From NCBI GenBank assembly GCA_964291625.2, contig OZ220089.1, forward strand, positions 160,001 through 224,000: a DNA stretch of 64,000 nucleotides, read 5' to 3'. The translations under genes were made by a program, and so were the position numbers. This document shows, piece by piece, positions 16,580 through 27,048 of this stretch; position 1 is the stretch's first letter, and each line of letters starts with the position of its first letter. The notes under the pieces were generated by a model. It did not search any database. It was not told the origin of the DNA and saw nothing but the letters and a program-made list of their open reading frames with translations. The stretch is from Candidatus Latescibacterota bacterium. Lineage in GTDB: Bacteria > Latescibacterota > UBA2968 > UBA8231.

Positions 16580-17550
16580 ATGACCATGAGAAAGACCCTA
16601 ACCATGGCGGTTCTGCTGCTGGCCTTCGGCTCGGCGCAGGCCCACATTCCCCCGGGCGTCGTCCTCGGCGTCTGGCAGTGGCCTTCGGATGCCCTGCCCA
16701 CCATGGACGGCGACATCGGCGAGTGGGAGGTCATACCCGACTACCTCTGGCTTACCCCGTCCACCCTGGACACCGACGGCAACGCCCTGTTCCACGCCGT
16801 TGCGGGCGATCACAAGGGCATGGACGGCACCGAGAATGACGCCTCCGACCTCACCATCCGCGTCGCCGTCGCCTGGAACGACGAGTTCGACCGCATGTAC
16901 TTCGCCCAGGAGCGCTTCGACGACGTGTACGACCGCGACGTGGCGGAGCCGCCCGGCGCGTGCGGCGGCGACGACAGCATCGAGGTCCACGTCGACGCCG
17001 ACCACAGCGGCGGCCTCCTCTACTACTCCGGCGACGACTTTCCCGACACCGACGACGGGCGGGCGGCACGGACGGCTGCCAACGGCCGGAATGCCCAGAT
17101 CGCCCACTTCCGCTTCCCGCCGATCGGAGAAGGGAACAACGCCTGGCACTGGCTGTGGGTGAGCGCCGCCACCTGGCACGACAGGGAGCCCTACTCCTGC
17201 TGCCCCGACTCCTACGACTTGGACGGTGAGCACGGCGGCACCGATGTGACCCTGACCGCCGAGTGGTGGTCGGTCTACTTCAACGCCCTGGACCACCAGT
17301 CGCCCGAGGAGAGCGTGATCGCCCCCTTGTCGGAGGGTCAGATCATCGGAATGGGCGTCGCCTTCTGCGACATCGACGGGGCCTCCAACGACGCGATGGC
17401 CACAACTCGGTCTGGCGGTCGGGCGGTCCCGGCGGCGCGAGGTGGTACGCTGACAGCGAGTTCGTCAGCGACTGGATCCTGCTGGAGGACATGATGACGG
17501 CCGTCGAGTCCAACAGTTGGGGGCACGTCAAGGCCAGCTTCCAGCAGTAA
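16580..17550 (+). CDS. Secreted CBM9/DOMON-like protein (paralog C2), frameshifted near 17395
   Basis: Colinear with C1 up to CDIDGASND. The homologous tail (NSVW...WYADSEFVSDWILL...TAVESNSWGHVKASFQQ) continues in another frame to TAA at 17550. Confidence 0.75.
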
Positions 17551-17589
17551 GAGCGGCTGCCCCAGCCGCCGCTGGTATGGCGATATTCC

Positions 17590-17628
17590 AGGGGAGGCAG
17601 GCCCCCGCGGCCTGCCTCCCCTTTTCTT
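17590..17628 (+). terminator. Intrinsic terminator
   Basis: AGGGGAGGCAGGCC-ccCgc loop-GGCCTGCCTCCCCT followed by TTTCTT. Homologous to the terminator at 16426. Confidence 0.8.
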
Positions 17629-17670
17629 GCGCCAGGACCTGAGCGACCACCCCGGGAAGGAATCGACTCG

Positions 17671-19132
17671 ATGGACAGCAAGGGCGCGAAGACCGCCGAC
17701 GAGAGCTCGGCTCCCGCCGCGCTCTGGCGCCGAGGAGCGGACCTGTGGGACGTCAAGGGCCACGTGGACCGTCCCGCGAAGCGGGTCCCCGTGGTCGAGG
17801 AGGTCGACGTTCTGGTCGCCGGGGGCGGCATCACCGGGATCATCGCCGCCCTGGCCGCGGGCCGGCTGGGGGCCCGGACCCTGGTGGTGGAACCCTTCGG
17901 CAGCCTGGGCGGCAACATGGGCCCCGGCATGTTCGCCGGTGGGTCCCTGCACCTGGCCCTGAAGAACCCGGAGGCCTTCCCCGACGGCCTCGGGGGCATC
18001 CCCCAGGAGTTCAACGAGCGGGTCGTCGACCACGAGGAGCGCCGCGTCGGCTCCGACTACCTGCGCGACAGCAAGACCGTGCCCTACGTGGCCACCCGGA
18101 TGCTCGAGGAGGCGGGAGTGGACATCCTTCTCTTCAGCGCCGTCGTCGACGTGGTGAAGGAGGGCGACCGGCTCACCGGCATCCTGGTGGAGAACAAGTC
18201 GGGCACCCTGGCGATCCGCTCCCGGGTCGCCGTGGACTGCACGGGCACGGCGGACGTGGCCGACCGCGCCGGCGCCCCCGTGGTCGAGCTGGAGGAGAAC
18301 CCCTCCATGGGCGTCTACTTCGGCATCATGGGAGTCGACGCGGAGCGGTGGGCGCGGGCCCGGGACAATTGCCCCGCCCTCTCGGCGGACGACGAAGCCT
18401 GGCTGGAGGAGCACCAGGTACCGCCGCAGCTCATGCCCTGGGCGCGCCAGGCCTGGGAGGCGGGGGACTTCCGGATCGTCCAGGTCGTCGACGGTTTCGC
18501 CACCCTCGAGATCACCCTCATGGAGCCCAAAGGGGATCCGCCGTCGGTCAACTTCCGGACCCGCGTCAACGGACGGTTCCATCCCGGCGACGGCCTCGCT
18601 CTCTCCCGGATCCAGCAGCAGCAGTGGTGCTTCATCTACGAGTTCGTCGAGTTCATGAACCGCTACGTCCCGGGGTACGAGGACGCCTACCTCTATGTCG
18701 TCTCGCCGTACTTCCAGGCCCGTGGCGGCAAGAGCATCGAGAGCGAGCGCGCCCTGACCATGGAGGACGTGGCCGCCGGAGACCCGCTTCGACGACGTGA
18801 TCTACACCTACTACGACGACAAGCGTTTCGTGGAGGGCGGCGTCGACGTCCCCTTCCGCATGCTGATCCCAAAAGGGGTGGACGGCCTCATCGCCTCCGG
18901 GCGCAGCGCCATGAAGCGCGGACCCCAGTTCCGCCAGCGCTACAGCGCCCAGCAGATGGGTCAGGTCGCCGGCACGGCGGCGGCCTTGGCCGCCCGCAAG
19001 GGCGTCTCCCCCCGCGACATGGACGTCCGCCTCCTGCAGGAGACGCTGCTGGCCGCCCGGCACCACATCGCCCCGCCGGAGCGGCTGCGGCAACTCGGCC
19101 TCACCCCGCCGGCTTCCGCGCAGGAGGGTTGA
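17671..19132 (+). CDS. FAD-dependent oxidoreductase (PF12831-like), frameshifted near 18780
   Basis: VDVLVAGGGITGIIAALAAGRLGA Rossmann motif and VDCTGTADVA. The C-terminal VPFRMLIPKGVDGLIASGR...MGQVAGTAAALA is in the shifted frame (18797..19132). Confidence 0.8.
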
Positions 19133-19133
19133 C

Positions 19134-20105
19134 TTGAGCAGCGAGCCCGGCGAACGCTTCTCCTTCATCCAGATCACCGACTGCCACCTGCTGGACACGC
19201 CGGACAGCCTGCTGCGTGGGCTCTGCCTGCACTTCACCCTGCAGCGGGTGCTGCAGCACATCGCCCGCCACGAAGCCGAAGGGGCGGACTTCATCCTCGG
19301 CACCGGCGACTACGTGAGCTTCCCCCTGGACCGGCCCTACCAGTGCTTCGCCGCCGCCATCCACCTGCGCCCCGCCGCCCCCTTCCCCGGCCCGCAGCGC
19401 CTTGACTTTCCGGGCATGGAGGGGATGCCCATGTACTTCGTCCCCGGCAACCACGACCAGAACGAGCCCTTCCTCCGCCACCTCTTCCCCGGATCGCCGG
19501 CTCCCGACTCTCTCGACTTCGCCTTCACCCACAAGGGGGTCCGGTTTCTCTGCCTCGACACGCCGAGGTTCGTCAACCGCCCCATCCCGCCGCCCCGGCG
19601 GGACCGCATGCCGGACTCCTCCGTGCGGCTGCTGGAAGAGGAGTGTGGCCGGCTACCGCGGGAGACGCCGATCATCGTCGTCATGCACCTGCCCGCCGCC
19701 CCGGTGGCGGAGATGCCCTGGGTGGAGGGGGAGATGCCCGAGGACATGGACCGCGTGTGGGAGCTCCTCGATGGGCGGAAGGTACTGGCCCTCCTGCACG
19801 GCCACATCCACGCCACCAAGGAGCGCGAGGTGGAGGGCGTGCCCGTCCTCGGTCTGCGCTCCACGGGGAACCAGTGGGCCGACGGGGACGTGCAGGTCCT
19901 GATCCCCACGACCCTGGCGCCGCACTTCCGCGTCGTCACCGTGGAGGAGGGCCGCCTGAGCCACCGAAACGTCGAGGTGGACACGACCTGGGGCAACGTC
20001 CGCCTCCAGCCCGGCCTGCCCCTGACGGAGCGCGCCTTCCTTGAAGAGGGCGGCCCCTCCGTGCGCCACCTCATCCACGGCGATCCGCCCACCAGGGAGT
20101 GGTGA
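19134..20105 (+). CDS. Calcineurin-like metallophosphoesterase (CpdA/Icc-like)
   Basis: Motifs TDCH, GTGD, PGNHD, MH, GHIH. Confidence 0.85.
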   Translation: MSSEPGERFSFIQITDCHLLDTPDSLLRGLCLHFTLQRVLQHIARHEAEGADFILGTGDYVSFPLDRPYQCFAAAIHLRPAAPFPGPQRLDFPGMEGMPMYFVPGNHDQNEPFLRHLFPGSPAPDSLDFAFTHKGVRFLCLDTPRFVNRPIPPPRRDRMPDSSVRLLEEECGRLPRETPIIVVMHLPAAPVAEMPWVEGEMPEDMDRVWELLDGRKVLALLHGHIHATKEREVEGVPVLGLRSTGNQWADGDVQVLIPTTLAPHFRVVTVEEGRLSHRNVEVDTTWGNVRLQPGLPLTERAFLEEGGPSVRHLIHGDPPTREW

Positions 20106-21643
20106 TGGAGATCGGCTCCGGCCGCCGGGAGGTAGAGCCCCTGCACGTGGGCCGCGTCGAGCAGATGCTCGTGGACGACCACGTCGTGGAGGACGCCTGG
20201 GACCTGCGCCGCTGCCTCCATCAGCCGCTGCGCCACCCGGCGTGCCCCGTGCTCCTGGCCGACCGCCCCTGGGAGGACGGCATCCGCACCTGCAATGTGC
20301 TGCGAGACGAGCGGGACGGCCTCTACCATATGCTCTACCAGTCGGTCAACGTGGAGGCCTACCAGCGCTACATGAACTACTTCGGCCTCGAGCCCCATCC
20401 CTGGGACCGCGCCGCCCACGGCACGCCGAAGTACGTCTGCTACGCCCGCAGCACGGACGGGCTCAACTGGGAGAAGCCGGACCTGGAAGGGTTCCCCTGG
20501 CGGGACCACCCGCGGACGAACGTCGTCTTTCCGGGCGCGACCCGCGCCCAGTCGCCGGAGGTCGTATGGAACCCCGACCGCGGCGACGAGGAGCGCCGCC
20601 TGGTGATGCTCTACCGGGACACGATCGGCTACCCGGATCCGCAGCAGCGCGACGGACGCTGCCTCGCCTACTCCGCCGACGGCATCCACTGGACCCCGGA
20701 CGAGGCCAACCCCGTGACCCGGGGCGGCAGCGACGGCCAGAACCCGGTCTGCTGGGACCCCGAGACGAGCCAGTGGTTCTGCTTCTGCCGCCCCAAGGTG
20801 ATGGCCTTCGACGCCGCCGCCACTCCCCGTCCCTCGCGGGGCAACACCCGCCGGCGCATGGCGGTCATGACCAGCCCGGACCTGCGCTCCTGGTCCTTCC
20901 CCCGGAGCGCCATCGTCCCCGACGAGCTCGACATCAACACCTTCTGCGTCGAGGGGTCGGCGGCGGCCTTCAAGTGGGGCAGCCACTTCTTCTCCTTCGT
21001 GCCGATCTCCGACCATCACGGCTCGGGCCGCTGGCGGACCCAGCTGGCCTTCAGCGCCGACGGCTACCGCTGGAGCCGCCTGCCGGAACGCCCGGACTAC
21101 CTCGATCCGAGCCCCGAGGGCAGCTGGGACGAGCACGCCGCGGTTCCCGCCTGCCCGCCGGTGGAGATGGGGGACAACTGGCTCTTCTACTACATCGGGC
21201 AGCGGCAGCCCGCTCTGCGCCACGCCCATTCCTTCTCCCTCACCGCCGTGGGCGTCGCCGTCGTCCCCCGGGGACGCCTCGTGGGCCGCTTCGCCGGCGA
21301 CGACGACGGCTTCCTTCTGACACGGGAACTGCTCGTGGGGGGCCGCCACCTGGAGATCCACTGCGAGCGTGTCGTCGACCGGGACGGCCGGCCGCCCTGC
21401 GAGATCCGGGTCGGGCTGGCGCGGCGGTCGGGGGAAGCCGGGGACCACCGCGACGGCGGCTACCACGAGGGGTTCGCCCTGGAGGACTGCCTGCCCATGG
21501 GGATGACCAGTTCCGCCCTCCGGGTGCGCTGGCGCGGGGGGGACGACCTCGGAGCCCTTGTGGGCCAGCCGGCCTTCCTGCGCTTCCACCTGCGCAACGC
21601 CGGACTCTACAGCTTCCGCTTCACCGACGGCCAGGAGCCCTAG
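20105..21643 (+). CDS. Putative beta-propeller glycoside-hydrolase-like protein
   Basis: TGATG coupling. Repeated Asp-box-like motifs YARSTDGLNWEKP, YSADGIHW, TSPDLRSW, FSADGYRW. C-terminal LRFHLRNAGLYSFRF. Confidence 0.65.
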   Translation: MEIGSGRREVEPLHVGRVEQMLVDDHVVEDAWDLRRCLHQPLRHPACPVLLADRPWEDGIRTCNVLRDERDGLYHMLYQSVNVEAYQRYMNYFGLEPHPWDRAAHGTPKYVCYARSTDGLNWEKPDLEGFPWRDHPRTNVVFPGATRAQSPEVVWNPDRGDEERRLVMLYRDTIGYPDPQQRDGRCLAYSADGIHWTPDEANPVTRGGSDGQNPVCWDPETSQWFCFCRPKVMAFDAAATPRPSRGNTRRRMAVMTSPDLRSWSFPRSAIVPDELDINTFCVEGSAAAFKWGSHFFSFVPISDHHGSGRWRTQLAFSADGYRWSRLPERPDYLDPSPEGSWDEHAAVPACPPVEMGDNWLFYYIGQRQPALRHAHSFSLTAVGVAVVPRGRLVGRFAGDDDGFLLTRELLVGGRHLEIHCERVVDRDGRPPCEIRVGLARRSGEAGDHRDGGYHEGFALEDCLPMGMTSSALRVRWRGGDDLGALVGQPAFLRFHLRNAGLYSFRFTDGQEP

Positions 21644-23592
21644 CCGTAGAAGATGATATTGCCCACCATGCCGGTGAAGTGATCGATGATCAGGTAGATC
21701 CCCCCCGGGACCACGAAGCCGAGGATGATGCCGAGGAAGAAGGGCCGGGTGCGCAGGTAGAGGCGCACGCCGCCGTAGCGCAGGACGATGACCTTCACCA
21801 GCCAGGCGAGGAACATGTTGAACCACAAGTGGTCCAGGATCCACACCGGCCCGACGACGTAGCCGATGGGGTGCAGGGGCCACCACAGGAAGACCGCCCG
21901 CGCCAGCATGAGGCCGCCCATGATGAGGCTTCCCGCACCGATGTGGAGCCAGGTCAGCAGCTGCGGCCCCGTGGGCGTGCGGATCATGCGCTCGGCGAAG
22001 TCGTATCCGCCGCCGTAGGGCCGGTAGAGATTGATCGCCCCCGAGGCGTGGCCCAACTCCATGATCGTCCACACCGCCCCGAAGAAGGCGATGGCCACGG
22101 CGGCCACCATGACCCAGAACAGGGGCCGCTTCGACGACGGCTCCATGTCGTCGCTGAGGCGTAGCGACTGGGCCGCCGAGGTCATGACGAAGTTGCGGCC
22201 CTCGGACCACCAGATGCAGAGGCCGAGGATCACCATGCTCGGCTCTCCCAGCCTCGCCGAGCCGATGAGGGAGGCCATGATCCCCGCCGGGACCACCGGA
22301 GGCGCTCCGTCGGAGAGCCCGCCCTCGGCGACGATGCGGGAGTAGCCCACGAGGAGGACCCCCACGAGGAAGACGAGGGCGACGCCGTAGATGACGGGCA
22401 GACCGGCGAGGGCCAGCCAGCCGACCATGACCAGGCAGCCGGCCACGAGGATGATGACGGCCGCCCGGTACGAGAGGATCTCGTCGCTGTCGTCGACCCC
22501 GGGATCGCCGTAGAGGGCCTTGCGGAAGACGGCCTTGAGGTGGGTCCGCCCCATCCACAGGCCTCCGAAGAACAGGGCCAGCATGCCGCCCATGGCCTGG
22601 TAGGCGAGGATCAGGTTGGGGACCGCGTGGCCCACGTCCTCGGTGGCCACCATGCCCGTCTCGGTGATCCCGATGCCGAGGCGGGCGAAGACCCCCCGGG
22701 CCACGAAGGAGAGGAGGTTGAAGAACCAGATGCTGAAGGCGATGTCCGTTTTGAGGAAGTAGAAGAACCCGAGGATATTGAAGCGCAGGAGGAAGTAGAG
22801 GTCGTGGACGCCGTCGAAGATGGGCAGGGTGAAGTGGATGGGGTCGACCCGGGTGGCCACGGCGACGATGCCGGGGAAGTAGTTGTAGAGCCCGTGGAGG
22901 GTGCCGTAGAGAGCCGGCACGGCGAAGCCGGCCCACATGACCGGGTCCTTGTAGAACCGCCCGAGCCTCCCCTTGTCGCCGTCCTCGCCGACCATGGCCA
23001 GGGGCACCTGCAGGAGGGGAAAGATAAGGCGCTCGTTCTCCACCCACTGGCGCCGCATGATCACCATGGAGGCGATCATGACCAGGAACAAGGCCCAGAG
23101 GAAGGGCTGCCAGGCGGCGAAGACGCGCAGCCAGGGACCCCACGGGATCTCCTGGCCCTGGGCTACGCCTTCGAAGAAGAGCTGCACCAGCTCGGGCGAG
23201 TGGGGCACGATCCAGTCGGGCAGGTGCGGCAGGACGATGTTGCGCCAGTCGTTCTCCGGCGTGGCGTAGTAGAAGGGGTAGGTCAGGGAGCAGATGAACT
23301 TGTAGACGAACAGGCGCGGCAGGGGCGAGGCCATGACGAGCATGACGTAGACGAGGAGCAGCTCGCCGCGCCGCAGACCCGCTCCCGGGGAGATCAGCTT
23401 GAGGGCGGGATTGACCAGCAGGGTGATGAGGAAGAGAACGAAGACGGCGCCGGGCATGCTCGTGCCCGTGGACATGAGGGAACCCTTCAGGTACAGGGCC
23501 CCGTACGCCGTGCCCGCCGAGACGATGAAGGCGCCGATGGAGCCGACGAGGAGGGCGCGAAGGGTGAAGATGCGTTCGGGCTGCTTCGGCAT
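21640..23592 (-). CDS. Polytopic membrane protein, DUF6785/DUF6784-like putative transporter
   Basis: 650 aa from ATG 23592, many TM helices. YYATPENDW, RRQWVENERLIFPL, WWPLHPIGY, RYGG..LY...RPFFLG. Confidence 0.7.
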   Translation of the reverse strand: MPKQPERIFTLRALLVGSIGAFIVSAGTAYGALYLKGSLMSTGTSMPGAVFVLFLITLLVNPALKLISPGAGLRRGELLLVYVMLVMASPLPRLFVYKFICSLTYPFYYATPENDWRNIVLPHLPDWIVPHSPELVQLFFEGVAQGQEIPWGPWLRVFAAWQPFLWALFLVMIASMVIMRRQWVENERLIFPLLQVPLAMVGEDGDKGRLGRFYKDPVMWAGFAVPALYGTLHGLYNYFPGIVAVATRVDPIHFTLPIFDGVHDLYFLLRFNILGFFYFLKTDIAFSIWFFNLLSFVARGVFARLGIGITETGMVATEDVGHAVPNLILAYQAMGGMLALFFGGLWMGRTHLKAVFRKALYGDPGVDDSDEILSYRAAVIILVAGCLVMVGWLALAGLPVIYGVALVFLVGVLLVGYSRIVAEGGLSDGAPPVVPAGIMASLIGSARLGEPSMVILGLCIWWSEGRNFVMTSAAQSLRLSDDMEPSSKRPLFWVMVAAVAIAFFGAVWTIMELGHASGAINLYRPYGGGYDFAERMIRTPTGPQLLTWLHIGAGSLIMGGLMLARAVFLWWPLHPIGYVVGPVWILDHLWFNMFLAWLVKVIVLRYGGVRLYLRTRPFFLGIILGFVVPGGIYLIIDHFTGMVGNIIFYG

Positions 23593-23681
23593 GGGTCGTG
23601 GAGGCGGCTTTCTCGGGGGTTTTTCGAAGCCCGTGAATATAGACGGAATCCGCGTCTGGAGCCCGGGGGGGTGAGGCCTGA

Positions 23682-25467
23682 ATGAGGGCCTGCCTCGGGA
23701 TCCTCGTCCTGGCCCTCGTGCTGCGCCTCCTCCACGCCTGGCTGATGGCCTCGAGTCCCCTCTACGACGAGCCGGCGGTGGACGGAATGACCTACGTGGC
23801 CCACGCCCGGGAGCTGGCCGCCGGCGACTGGCTGGGCCGCGACAGGCCCGTCTTCTGGCAGCCGCCTCTCTACCCCTACGTGCTGGGCCTGGTGAAGCTC
23901 GCCTTCCCCGGACTCCTTCTATCACGCCGTCCGCTGGTTGCAGGCCCTGTGGGGGGCCCTCGCCTGCGGTCTCACCTGCCTGGTGGGGACCCGCCTGTTC
24001 TCAGCCAGGGTGGGTCTCGCCGCCGGACTGGCCGCCGCCCTCTGCGGCCCCCTGATCTACTTCGACGGCGAGATCCTGCCGGCCAGCCTGGCCACGGTCC
24101 TCGGCCTGTCGGGCCTGCTGCTGCTGCTGCGCGCCCGTGGGCGGGGCACACCGGCCGCCTTCCTCGGGGCGGGTCTCGTCTACGGACTGGCGGCGCTGGC
24201 CGTGCCCACGGTCCTCGGTTTCTGCCTCCTGGCGGCCGCCTGGATCGCCTGGAAGGGACCTTCGCGCCTCGGGGCGGCGCTCTTCCTCCTCGGCATCGCA
24301 GCGGCGCTCCTGCCCGTGGCCTGGCGCAACTACGCCGTCGGCGGCGAGCCGGTCCTCATCTCCTACAACTCGGGGGTCAACTTCCACATCGGCAACAGCG
24401 CCGACCACGAGCGCCTGGTGCGGATCCGCCCCGGGTGGGAGTGGGACGACCTCGTGGCCGAGCCGGTGGAGGCCGGCATCGAGGACAGGTCGGAGCGCTC
24501 CGCCTGGTTCTGGCGGCGCGCCCTGGGGTACATGCGCGCCGAGCCCCTGCACTATGCCGCCCTGCAGGCACGCAAGAGCCTGAGGCTCCTGAACGGCCAC
24601 GAGGAGGGCCGCAACCAGGGCATCTACTACTGGCGCCACCACTCCGGGGTCCTGGCGGCCACCCTCTGGAAGCGGGTCATCGCCTTCCCCTTCGGCGTCG
24701 TCGCCCCTCTCGCCGTCCTCGGCCTGGTCCTGGCCATCCACCGACGGGGCCTCGACCCGGCGACGCTCTTCGTCCTGGCCTACGCGGCCGCGGTGGTCGC
24801 CTTCTTCCCCACCTCCCGCTACAGGGCCCCCATGCTCCCCGTCCTGCTGGTGCTGGCGGCGCACGCGGGGTGGTGGCTGTGGGACCGCTTCCGCGAGGGC
24901 CGGTACCGGCCGGCGGTTCCGGCCGCCGGGGCGGTGGCCCTTGTCGGGCTGTTCAGCAACCTCGGCGCCGGCCCCATGGAGATGGCCGGCGACGCCGCCA
25001 TCCACTACAACATCGGCCAGGCCCACTCCCGCCAGGGCCGCGCCGCCGAGGCCGGGAAAGCCCTCACCCGCGCCGTGGAGCTGGACCCCGCCTACTGGCA
25101 GGCCTGGAACGACCTCGGCACGATCCAGGCTCAGCAGGGGGATGCCGCCGGAGCCGCCGTCATCTTCGAGCGCGTCACCCGGGCGCGCCCCGACCGCCCC
25201 GAGCCCTGGGTCAACCTCGCCCACTCCTGCAGGGCCCTCGGGCGGCTCGACGAAGCCGTCCCCGCCTACGAGCGAGCCTTGTCCGCCAGCGGTCACCTGC
25301 CAACCCTCTACGCCGGACTCATGCACCTGCACTTCGAGCGCGGCGACCCCGACGCGGCCCGGCGGGTCCTGGCGGAGGCCCTCGAGCACCGGCCGGACGA
25401 GCGGGAGAGACTGCTCCACATCTTCGCCCGCCTGCAGTCGCCGGCCGCCCCGGGCCGCCGCCGGTGA
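23682..25467 (+). CDS. GT-C fold (ArnT/PMT/GT39-like) glycosyltransferase with C-terminal TPRs, frameshifted near 23910
   Basis: VDGMTY...FWQPPLYPY in frame 1. TM core with NSGVNFHIGN and SRYRAP plus TPRs (HYNIG, AWNDLG, PWVNLA) in the 23938..25467 frame. Confidence 0.75.
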
Positions 25468-25523
25468 CCGCTACCGTGAGCCGCGGCCTGGCACGTCAAC
25501 CCCCACCCCCTCCTGGAGCTCCC

Positions 25524-27038
25524 ATGGTCACTCACCGGGTGCGGACGCACCCCGAAGGGCATGTCCTGCCGCCGCAGGAGCAGCTGGCGTGGAAAATCGC
25601 CGCCGTGGCCGCCGCCGCTCCGGCCGGCGCCGACGACGCTGCCGAGATGGTCGGCAACCGGATCATCGACAACGCCGCGGTGGCCGCCGCCGCCTTCGAT
25701 CGCGCCCCCGTGCGGAACGCCCGCCTCCTCGCCCTCGGCTATCCCCACCCCGGGGGCCGGGGGGCCAGCCTCTTCGGCCTGCCGCCGGAGCGCACCGTCC
25801 ACTGCGAATGGGCCGCCCTGGCCAACGGCGTGGCCGTGCGCGAGCTCGACTTCCACGACTGCTTCCTCGCCGCCGACTACTCCCATCCTGCCGACACGAT
25901 CCCCGGCGTGCTGGCCGCCGCCCAGCAGACAGGCCGCGCCGGCGCCGACCTGGTGCGCGGCATCCTGGTGGCCTACGAGACCCAGATCTCCCTAGTGCGG
26001 AGCGTCTGCCTGCACGAGCACAAGATCGACCACGTGGCCCACCTCGCCCCCGCCGTCGCTGCCGGCGTCGGCGCCCTGCTGAAGCTGCCGGTGGAGACGA
26101 TCTTCCAGGCCGTGAACCAGGCCGTTCACCTCGGGTGCTCGACGCGGCAGTCGCGCAAGGGGGACATCACCAGCTGGAAGGCGTATGCCCCGGGCCAGTC
26201 CGGCAAGACCGCCCTGGAGGCGGTGGGCCGCTCACTCCTCGGCGAGCGCGCGCCCTCGCCGATCTACGAGGGGCGCGACGGCGTCATCGCCTGGCTCCTC
26301 TCCGGTCCCGACGCCGAGTACGAGGTCTCCCTGCCGCCCCCGGGAGAGCCCACGCGGGCGATCCTCGATTCCTACACCAAGGAGCACTCCGCCGAGTACC
26401 AGGCCCAGGCCCTGATCGACATCGGGTTCGCTCTCCACGCCCGCGGCCTCGACCTGGAAGCCGTGCGCGAGGTGATTGTGCGCACCAGCCACCACACCCA
26501 CTTCGTCATCGGCACGGGTTCCAGGGACCCGGAGAAAATGGATCCTTCCGCCTCGCGGGAAACCCTCGACCACAGCGGCATGTACATCCTCACCGTGGCC
26601 TGGGAGGACGGCCGCTGGCACCACGTCGACTCGTACACGCCGGAGCGGGCCAACCGCCCGTCCACGATCTCCCTGTGGCGGAAGGTGCGCACCGAGGAGG
26701 TGGAGGAGTGGACCCGGGCCTACCACGAGTCCGACTTCCGGCGGCGGAGGTTCGGCGCCGAGGTGGTGGTGCGGATGGCCGACGGTTCCGAGGTGGTGGA
26801 GCGCCTCGACAACCCCAACGCCCACTCCCTGGGAGCGCGTCCCTTCGAGCGCCCGGACTACATCGGCAAGCTGCGGTCGCTTGGGGAAGGACTCGCCGCC
26901 CCGGAGGAGGTCGAACGCTTCCTGGGACTGGTGGAGCGGCTGCCGGAGCTGGTGCCGGAGGAGGTGCGGCGGCTCAGCCTGACCCTGCGGGCGGGCCGGG
27001 AGGATGAAGGGGTGGAGCGCGTTGGGATCCTGGCCTGA
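25524..27038 (+). CDS. prpD: 2-methylcitrate dehydratase, MmgE/PrpD family
   Basis: ANGVAVRELDFHD, DYSHPAD, IDHVAH, SRKGDITSWKA, TKEHSAEYQAQA, SRETLDHS. Confidence 0.85.
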   Translation: MVTHRVRTHPEGHVLPPQEQLAWKIAAVAAAAPAGADDAAEMVGNRIIDNAAVAAAAFDRAPVRNARLLALGYPHPGGRGASLFGLPPERTVHCEWAALANGVAVRELDFHDCFLAADYSHPADTIPGVLAAAQQTGRAGADLVRGILVAYETQISLVRSVCLHEHKIDHVAHLAPAVAAGVGALLKLPVETIFQAVNQAVHLGCSTRQSRKGDITSWKAYAPGQSGKTALEAVGRSLLGERAPSPIYEGRDGVIAWLLSGPDAEYEVSLPPPGEPTRAILDSYTKEHSAEYQAQALIDIGFALHARGLDLEAVREVIVRTSHHTHFVIGTGSRDPEKMDPSASRETLDHSGMYILTVAWEDGRWHHVDSYTPERANRPSTISLWRKVRTEEVEEWTRAYHESDFRRRRFGAEVVVRMADGSEVVERLDNPNAHSLGARPFERPDYIGKLRSLGEGLAAPEEVERFLGLVERLPELVPEEVRRLSLTLRAGREDEGVERVGILA

Positions 27039-27048
27039 GCCGGAGGCC

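Noticed and set aside
15340-17628. CRISPR array or mobile-element repeats
   Set aside because: The repeats are a diverged gene duplication with terminators. There is no repeat-spacer periodicity and no cas or transposase gene.
23682-27038. Apparent 1118-aa glycosyltransferase-PrpD fusion
   Set aside because: Created by the frameshift near 23910. The middle is Arg/Pro/Gly-rich off-frame sequence, and PrpD has its own RBS and ATG at 25524.
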